Below are positions 27,966-31,979 of a stretch of 32,000 nt of DNA, in pieces. The position numbers and the translations under genes are program-made. Every line of letters starts with the position of its first letter. The stretch's first letter is position 1. Source of the stretch: Moraxella nasovis (GTDB lineage: Bacteria; Pseudomonadota; Gammaproteobacteria; Pseudomonadales; Moraxellaceae). The notes beneath the pieces are model-generated. The model was not told the DNA's origin. It saw only the letters and a list, made by a program, of their open reading frames with translations, and ran no database searches. The DNA is taken from positions 1,996,237 through 2,028,236 of the forward strand of contig NZ_CP089976.1 of assembly GCF_022701215.1 (NCBI RefSeq). The letters run 5' to 3'.

Positions 27966-27996
27966 TATATTATAACATAATAATAACATGATGCAA
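27966..27996 (-). promoter_or_regulatory. Candidate promoter of the receptor gene with a Zur-box-like operator
   Basis: The minus strand reads TTGCAT (27996-27991), 16 nt, then TATAAT (27974-27969). ATGTTATAATATA (27978-27966) matches the left half and centre of the gammaproteobacterial Zur box GAAATGTTATAnTATAACATTTC. Additional ATGTTA repeats flank it. Confidence 0.4.
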
Positions 27997-28345
27997 TAAT
28001 ATTTCACTATATTAAGCAAGTATTGCTGGTTGCACTATATTGATAGCTGTATTAATAGTAGTGCAAGCTGTTGCAAATAAACAGGTATGACGCTATCTTA
28101 AGGGGGTGTGATTTTAAAAAAAAGACAAAAATTGTAAATTTTTTTTAAGTTTTGCACCATATTTTTCATGGTTACCTTAATTACCAAACCAAAAATTACC
28201 AAACTAAAGGTGTTCTTATTTTGCTAAGTTTGGATAAAAATTTAGATTTCATTCAGATTGGCTGTAATCAGCTTAAGGTGCTTAGCAATTGGTGTGGGAT
28301 TTACGGCTGGTTTAATACAGCCCCTTATTTATGGCATGGTGTTTT

Positions 28346-28573
28346 ATGCTAAACCAAGATAAAGATAAAATCTTAAATATGATTGACAAAGAAATAAATA
28401 GCAGTTATGTTAATTATCTAAGTAAACAACAGATGAAGGCACTCTTTGAAGGCTTTCAAAAAGACCAATTAACTGATGATGATAAAAAAGACATTGCCAA
28501 CCATATCTTAGCTAATTATCTTGATGATATGCATGAGACAGAAAGACTGATAGATGTCTTATTAAATGAATGA
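28346..28573 (+). CDS. Hypothetical acidic helical protein (75 aa), possible orphan immunity-type gene
   Basis: ATG 28346 overlaps the stop of a possible upstream 43-codon ORF (ATGCTAA). AT-rich. No motif recognised. Confidence 0.5.
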   Translation: MLNQDKDKILNMIDKEINSSYVNYLSKQQMKALFEGFQKDQLTDDDKKDIANHILANYLDDMHETERLIDVLLNE

Positions 28574-28729
28574 CACAAGAGAAAAAAAGATTTGGGCTGT
28601 CATAGCTTTTAGGGTTGTCGTAGGTGGGCGGCTTTTCCTATGGGTTTCAATAAAATTTGACAAAGATAATAGCCTTTAAATTATTTAACTTTAAGTGCTA
28701 AATTTACATTATAAAAATTATCATCTATT

Positions 28730-28972
28730 ATGTTTGAATTTATTGCAGGTATCTTTTCATATCTTGGCTCTGATATAGAAAAAACCAAATCAATAAAAGT
28801 GCAATTATTGATTTCATTATTTTTTGGTTTTTGTATTTTTATTGTCATATGTGTTAAAGAATTTTTCATTAACTCTGATATAAAGCTGATCGCTTTTTCG
28901 CTCATATTATCGCTTTTGGTTTCAATATTTTTCTTTATTTGTTTTTTGATTTCTAATTTATTCAAAAAATAA
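28730..28972 (+). CDS. Small polytopic membrane protein (80 aa), possible orphan bacteriocin-immunity gene
   Basis: Two to three hydrophobic segments (LLISLFFGFCIFIVICV, LIAFSLILSLLVSIFFFICFLI). It has the same orientation as all other island genes. A competing antisense ORF (28681-28965) exists, so the call is tentative. Confidence 0.4.
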   Translation: MFEFIAGIFSYLGSDIEKTKSIKVQLLISLFFGFCIFIVICVKEFFINSDIKLIAFSLILSLLVSIFFFICFLISNLFKK

Positions 28973-29037
28973 TTTTTTAGGTTTATCTGTTATAGCTCTA
29001 AGCTTTTTATTGATACAATATGCGGTTTAAATATTTG

Positions 29038-29124
29038 ATGAAAAAACTCGTTTTATACTTATCTTGCGGATTTGTACTATCCGCCCACACCCACTTACTG
29101 CCCCAACCAAAGATAATATCCTAA
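29038..29124 (+). CDS. Micro-ORF (28 aa) MKKLVLYLSCGFVLSAHTHLLPQPKIIS; signal-peptide-like or small hydrophobic peptide
   Basis: ATG start. The C-terminal AHTHLLPQPKIIS part lies in the conserved module and is identical in the paralogous micro-ORF at 30983-31072. The N-terminal halves differ in nucleotides, but both are MKK plus a hydrophobic stretch. Confidence 0.35.
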   Translation: MKKLVLYLSCGFVLSAHTHLLPQPKIIS

Positions 29125-29177
29125 CAACTAATAACTGTCTTTAAAATAACCAACCAACCAAATCTTTATCACACCTA

Positions 29178-29207
29178 TTGACAAAGTACAAGTGTTCTTA
29201 GTAATAT
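29178..29207 (+). promoter_or_regulatory. Cassette promoter, copy 1
   Basis: TTGACA (29178-29183), 18 nt, then TAATAT (29202-29207). It is identical in all three copies. Confidence 0.65.
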
Positions 29208-29211
29208 CAAT

Positions 29212-29292
29212 GATAACTGCTCCAAGATGATAATCATTCCACCTATCATCACCTTGGACAGTTATCGGCTATCAGTTTGACTGATAGTTTTT
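29212..29292 (+). promoter_or_regulatory. Structured leader, copy 1: a long hairpin containing a Fur-box-like core, then a terminator-like hairpin with a U-tract
   Basis: Hairpin 1 (29212-29266) pairs GATAACTG/CAGTTATC, TCCAAG/CTTGGA and ATGATA/TATCAT, about 20 bp in total. Hairpin 2 (29269-29287) pairs CTATCAGT-ttg-ACTGATAG and is followed by T5. ATGATAATCATT lies at 29227-29238. Confidence 0.6.
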
Positions 29293-29322
29293 CATAACAT
29301 CAATTTAGTTAAGGAAAACTTT

Positions 29323-29409
29323 ATGAAAAAGCTATCAATCCTAGCACTAACAATAAGTGCTACCGTAGCCACTGCTCCTGCATTTGCAAAAGACAGCAAC
29401 CAATTATAA
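29323..29409 (+). CDS. uORF encoding only a Sec-type signal peptide: MKKLSILALTISATVATAPAFA/KDSNQL (28 aa)
   Basis: This is the best Shine-Dalgarno of the cassette (AAGGA 7 nt before the ATG). It shows the canonical n/h/c regions with an AFA cleavage motif, then a stop 6 codons later. It is conserved in all three copies. Confidence 0.55.
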   Translation: MKKLSILALTISATVATAPAFAKDSNQL

Positions 29410-29436
29410 CACAGCTATCCCAACCACGAAGCAGAT

Positions 29437-29703
29437 TTGTCTTTTGCATTTGATGATAGTCAAAACTTGCAAGCGGTTACCATGACTGATAGCCAAATGC
29501 AAGAGACACAAGGGGCTTGGATTGGTAATGCCTTTGGCGGCTTAATGGGAGGTGTTGGCGGTCATTATGGCTATATGGCGAGTGCTGTGGCTAGCGGCAC
29601 CTATAATAGAAACGCACATCTTGCAGCGATTGGCACAGGTGCAGTTGTTGGCGGTATTAATGGATATGCAAGTACAACTGGCAAAAATATCAAGATTCGT
29701 TAA
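29437..29703 (+). CDS. Bacteriocin/microcin precursor 1: GA-type double-glycine leader plus a 61-aa Gly/Ala-rich peptide
   Basis: Leader (M)SFAFDDSQNLQAVTMTDSQMQETQGA, then WIGNAFGGLMGGVGGHYGYMASAVASG...GAVVGGINGYA (colicin V / class II microcin-like composition). The start is uncertain (TTG 29437 or ATG 29482). Confidence 0.7.
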   Translation: MSFAFDDSQNLQAVTMTDSQMQETQGAWIGNAFGGLMGGVGGHYGYMASAVASGTYNRNAHLAAIGTGAVVGGINGYASTTGKNIKIR

Positions 29704-29759
29704 TCAACTTTCTAAAAAGCGTTACTACTTTTATTGGTAACACTTTAAGAGATTTTCTC

Positions 29760-30032
29760 ATGATAATTATTTATATTGTGGCAACTTTGGGATTATTTAT
29801 TGGTTGGATTAAAAATACCTACCTGTTTAAAGGTAAGTTGTGGCTAGATAGGATATTTCTTTTAATATCAACTTCATTGCTAATATGGTGTTGTGTAAGT
29901 ATTACAAAATATGTCAATCATCTTAGCGATAATTTGGCTTTTATTCATTTGGCTTGTTATTTTGGATATCTTTTATTTTTGACTGTGGTTTTTTATAAAT
30001 TGGTAAAGCTTTTTGATAAGAAATTTTCATGA
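29760..30032 (+). CDS. Putative immunity protein 1 (90 aa, about 3 TM segments)
   Basis: It lies immediately downstream of bacteriocin 1. Hydrophobic segments: IIIYIVATLGLFIGWI, IFLLISTSLLIWCCVSI, LACYFGYLLFLTVVFY. Confidence 0.65.
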   Translation: MIIIYIVATLGLFIGWIKNTYLFKGKLWLDRIFLLISTSLLIWCCVSITKYVNHLSDNLAFIHLACYFGYLLFLTVVFYKLVKLFDKKFS

Positions 30033-30091
30033 AAATATCCTTATTACTTTTACCTTTTATAACAACCATCGCCACGCCGACCTACCCCTAA
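30029..30091 (+). CDS. Micro-ORF (20 aa) MKISLLLLPFITTIATPTYP
   Basis: The ATG overlaps the immunity-1 stop (ATGA). It is positionally equivalent to the micro-ORFs at 29038 and 30983. Confidence 0.25.
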   Translation: MKISLLLLPFITTIATPTYP

Positions 30092-30165
30092 CGGCTGATG
30101 ATATTTTGGCGGATAAAAATCGTTTTAAATAAAATAATTAACCAAACAAATCTTTACCATACTTA

Positions 30166-30195
30166 TTGACAAAGTACAAGTGTTCTTAGTAATAT
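30166..30195 (+). promoter_or_regulatory. Cassette promoter, copy 2
   Basis: TTGACA (30166-30171), 18 nt, then TAATAT (30190-30195). Confidence 0.65.
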
Positions 30196-30199
30196 CAAT

Positions 30200-30281
30200 G
30201 ATAACTGCTCCAAGATGATAATCATTCAACCTATCATCACCTTGGATAGTTATCGGCTATCAGTTTTGATTGATAGTTTTT
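30200..30281 (+). promoter_or_regulatory. Structured leader, copy 2
   Basis: It forms the same two hairpins. Stem differences from copy 1 are C-to-T changes giving G.U pairs (TAGTTATC, ATTGATAG). ATGATAATCATT lies at 30215-30226 and a T5 run at 30277-30281. Confidence 0.6.
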
Positions 30282-30306
30282 CACAAAGTCAATTAAGGAA
30301 AACTCT

Positions 30307-30387
30307 ATGAAAAAGTTATCAATCCTAGCACTAACAATAAGTGCTACCGTAGCCACTACTCCTGCATTTGCAAAAGATAGCGACTAA
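30307..30387 (+). CDS. uORF encoding only a signal peptide: MKKLSILALTISATVATTPAFA/KDSD (26 aa)
   Basis: It has the same Shine-Dalgarno and signal peptide as copy 1. The stop lies 13 nt upstream of the ATG of toxin 2. Confidence 0.55.
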   Translation: MKKLSILALTISATVATTPAFAKDSD

Positions 30388-30400
30388 TTATAGCACTGCC

Positions 30401-30667
30401 ATGACGGATAGCCAAATGCAGGAAACACAAGGGGCAAGATTTCCAAAATTTATTAGCAATGTAAGAGTGGATGGTCCAGATAAAGGATTTCGACAACATA
30501 GCAATGGCAGAATATTTCAAATAAGGTATGGCAATACCCCAAAAACTAGAACGCCTGTATTTAGGTTAGATCCCCATGACAACCCATCTCCAACCAAATT
30601 GCATATGCACATTGCACCAGATATCAATGCACATAGACCTTGGAATGCACCTTGGAAAAAATTTTAG
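30401..30667 (+). CDS. Toxin precursor 2: MTDSQMQETQGA leader plus a 76-aa basic, His-containing domain of unknown fold
   Basis: The leader is identical to copy 1. The mature part is RFPKFISNVRVDGPDKGFRQHSNGRIFQIRYGN...FRLDPHDNPSPTKLHMHIAPDINAHRPWNAPWKKF, which is not Gly-rich or hydrophobic. An alternative TTG start lies at 30368. Confidence 0.65.
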   Translation: MTDSQMQETQGARFPKFISNVRVDGPDKGFRQHSNGRIFQIRYGNTPKTRTPVFRLDPHDNPSPTKLHMHIAPDINAHRPWNAPWKKF

Positions 30668-30676
30668 GTACTATAA

Positions 30677-30937
30677 ATGAAATATGATAATTTTATCAAT
30701 AGTTTGAATGATTATTTGCATGGTCGTATTGATGGGAGATTATTATTAAATGCTTGGCAGGACTGCCCAGAAGAATTAAAACCCATTTACTATCAATTAT
30801 TTCATTTGATTGGCGATGAAGACATACGAAAAAAGGACGTGGATTACAAAAATTTTCAACTATCCTTGGTTAACAATGTAATTGGATTATTAAAAGCAGG
30901 TGATATTGAAAAATTACAAGGTATCAGCTTAATATAG
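30677..30937 (+). CDS. Putative immunity protein 2 (86 aa, soluble, acidic)
   Basis: It starts 9 nt after the toxin-2 stop. It has no signal peptide or TM segment. Its size and position resemble immunity proteins of enzymatic bacteriocins. Confidence 0.6.
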   Translation: MKYDNFINSLNDYLHGRIDGRLLLNAWQDCPEELKPIYYQLFHLIGDEDIRKKDVDYKNFQLSLVNNVIGLLKAGDIEKLQGISLI

Positions 30938-30982
30938 AGCTGATGATAAAGTAAAAGTTATTTAAAAATTTTGGGAAATTTT

Positions 30983-31072
30983 GTGAAAAAATCGTTTTTA
31001 TCTTTTTTAGTGTTAGGTTTTATAACCACCGCCCACACCCACTTACTGCCCCAACCAAAGATAATATCCTAA
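30983..31072 (+). CDS. Micro-ORF (29 aa) (M)KKSFLSFLVLGFITTAHTHLLPQPKIIS
   Basis: GTG start. The C-terminal 13 residues are identical to the 29038 micro-ORF. Confidence 0.3.
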   Translation: MKKSFLSFLVLGFITTAHTHLLPQPKIIS

Positions 31073-31142
31073 CAAATAATAACTGTCTTTAAAATAATTA
31101 AAAAAATAAAATAATTAACCAAATAAATCTTTATCACACCTA

Positions 31143-31172
31143 TTGACAAAGTACAAGTGTTCTTAGTAATAT
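31143..31172 (+). promoter_or_regulatory. Cassette promoter, copy 3
   Basis: TTGACA (31143-31148), 18 nt, then TAATAT (31167-31172). Confidence 0.65.
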
Positions 31173-31176
31173 CAAT

Positions 31177-31258
31177 GATAACTGCTCCAAGATGATAATC
31201 ATTCCACCTATCATCACCTTGGGTAGTTATCGGCTATCAGTTTTGACTGATAGTTTTT
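31177..31258 (+). promoter_or_regulatory. Structured leader, copy 3
   Basis: It forms the same two hairpins. CTTGGGTAGTTATC replaces CTTGGACAGTTATC, giving two wobble-compatible changes. ATGATAATCATT lies at 31192-31203 and a T5 run at 31254-31258. Confidence 0.6.
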
Positions 31259-31283
31259 CACAAAGTCAATTAAGGAAAACTCT

Positions 31284-31370
31284 ATGAAAAAGTTATCAAT
31301 CCTAGCACTAACAATAAGTGCTACCGTAGCCACTGCTTCTGCATTTGCAAAAAACAGCAACCAATTATAA
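31284..31370 (+). CDS. uORF encoding only a signal peptide: MKKLSILALTISATVATASAFA/KNSNQL (28 aa)
   Basis: Same architecture as copies 1 and 2. Confidence 0.55.
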   Translation: MKKLSILALTISATVATASAFAKNSNQL

Positions 31371-31401
31371 CACAGCTATCCCAACCACCCAAGAAGTAGA
31401 T

Positions 31402-31608
31402 TTGTCTTTTGCTTTTGACGATAGTCAAAACTTGCAAGCGGTTGACATGACTGATGATGAGATGAAAGAGACGGAAGGGGCTTTTGTTCCTATTGTGCTT
31501 AATTTAGCTGGACGTTTTATTACTAGCCAAGTTGCAAAACACCATTTAACCAATGTAGGCTTGGTCTATGGTACTTATACTTGGGGCAAAAGCCAAGGCA
31601 AAAAATAA
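31402..31608 (+). CDS. Bacteriocin precursor 3: GA-type leader plus a 41-aa cationic peptide
   Basis: Leader (M)SFAFDDSQNLQAVDMTDDEMKETEGA, then FVPIVLNLAGRFITSQVAKHHLTNVGLVYGTYTWGKSQGKK. The start is uncertain (TTG 31402 or ATG 31447). Confidence 0.65.
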   Translation: MSFAFDDSQNLQAVDMTDDEMKETEGAFVPIVLNLAGRFITSQVAKHHLTNVGLVYGTYTWGKSQGKK

Positions 31609-31637
31609 CTGAATTAAAGTCAAAACTTAATTCTATA

Positions 31638-31676
31638 AATATCAAGCTATTTGCTGAAAAAGCAAATAGCTTGATA
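31638..31676 (+). other. Perfect 16-bp-stem hairpin between bacteriocin 3 and its immunity gene
   Basis: ATATCAAGCTATTTGC (31638-31653) and GCAAATAGCTTGATAT (31661-31676) flank a 7-nt loop. No U-tract follows directly. Confidence 0.7.
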
Positions 31677-31706
31677 TACCCAAAATTTTAGATACAAGAT
31701 TTAATT

Positions 31707-31979
31707 ATGAAAAAATGTCCAAATTGCCATAAACATTGCATTACAATTTCTGAATTTTCAGGTGTATGCCCAAATTGTCATACAGAACTTAAAACTTCTC
31801 ATGTTTTTTCCATGTTAATCATAATAATATTGTTGCTTATTATAGCTATTAGTGGAGTTTTAGGAAATTTCTACATATCTACATTTGCCCTACTAGCCAT
31901 TCTTATATACAAACTATTTAGTTATCAAATAGAAATTTTGCTATTTCCTTTACTAATTAAAAAATCCAATCTCTTATGA
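31707..31979 (+). CDS. Putative immunity protein 3 (90 aa): N-terminal CxxC...CxxC ribbon plus 2 TM segments
   Basis: CPNCHKHC...CPNCH is followed by the hydrophobic segments MLIIIILLLIIAISGVL and ISTFALLAILIY. Confidence 0.6.
   Translation: MKKCPNCHKHCITISEFSGVCPNCHTELKTSHVFSMLIIIILLLIIAISGVLGNFYISTFALLAILIYKLFSYQIEILLFPLLIKKSNLL

Larger units (their letters stand above)
29081..29517 (+). repeat. Conserved cassette 5' module, copy 1 (promoter, leader, uORF, export leader)
   Basis: Near-identical to 31029-31482 over its whole length and to 30124-30436 from about 55 bp upstream of the -35. Similarity ends at the Gly-Ala codon pair. Confidence 0.95.
30124..30436 (+). repeat. Conserved cassette 5' module, copy 2 (shorter; lacks the DLSFAFDDSQNLQAV segment)
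   Basis: It aligns with copies 1 and 3 through the promoter, leader, uORF and MTDSQMQETQGA. It diverges after the GA codons. Confidence 0.95.
31029..31482 (+). repeat. Conserved cassette 5' module, copy 3
   Basis: Near-identical to 29081-29517, with a few indels in the A/T-rich spacer and in the uORF-to-leader spacer. Confidence 0.95.

Noticed and set aside
27936-28019. N-terminal 28-codon extension of the receptor ORF (MLNIVKYYCIMLLLCYNILLMLTTCVNA)
   Set aside because: MKLFKPTSLAISLSLALVSVVHA from ATG 27935 is a normal signal peptide. The extension overlaps the predicted promoter and operator.
28681-28965. Minus-strand 94-aa Lys/Asn-rich ORF
   Set aside because: It competes with the plus-strand membrane-protein ORF 28730-28972. 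All neighbouring island genes are on the plus strand, and a K/N-rich product is the expected antisense of an F/I/L-rich gene. This remains unresolved, so the plus-strand call has low confidence.
29269-29287. The 19-bp palindrome CTATCAGTTTGACTGATAG considered as an SOS (LexA) box
   Set aside because: It does not fit CTGT-N8-ACAG spacing. Copy 2 breaks the DNA palindrome with a change that still pairs as RNA, so the terminator-hairpin reading is preferred.
29323-29703. Programmed frameshift or stop-codon read-through fusing the signal-peptide uORF to the bacteriocin ORF
   Set aside because: The frame relation differs between copies: 0 with one TAA in copy 1, and +1 in copies 2 and 3. The spacer carries 4-nt indels, and the A-runs are short (4-6). 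No conserved recoding mechanism fits all three copies.
30437-30664. Toxin 2 as a minimal M23/lysostaphin-type peptidase because of YGN and LHMH (HxH) strings
   Set aside because: It is far shorter than an M23 domain and has no HxxxD motif. Its immunity-like partner lacks a signal peptide, which argues against a periplasmic cell-wall target.
29081-31482. Three regularly spaced repeats considered as a CRISPR-like array
   Set aside because: The repeats are 310-440 bp long, contain a promoter and ORFs, and are separated by protein-coding payloads. No short palindromic repeat and spacer pattern is present.
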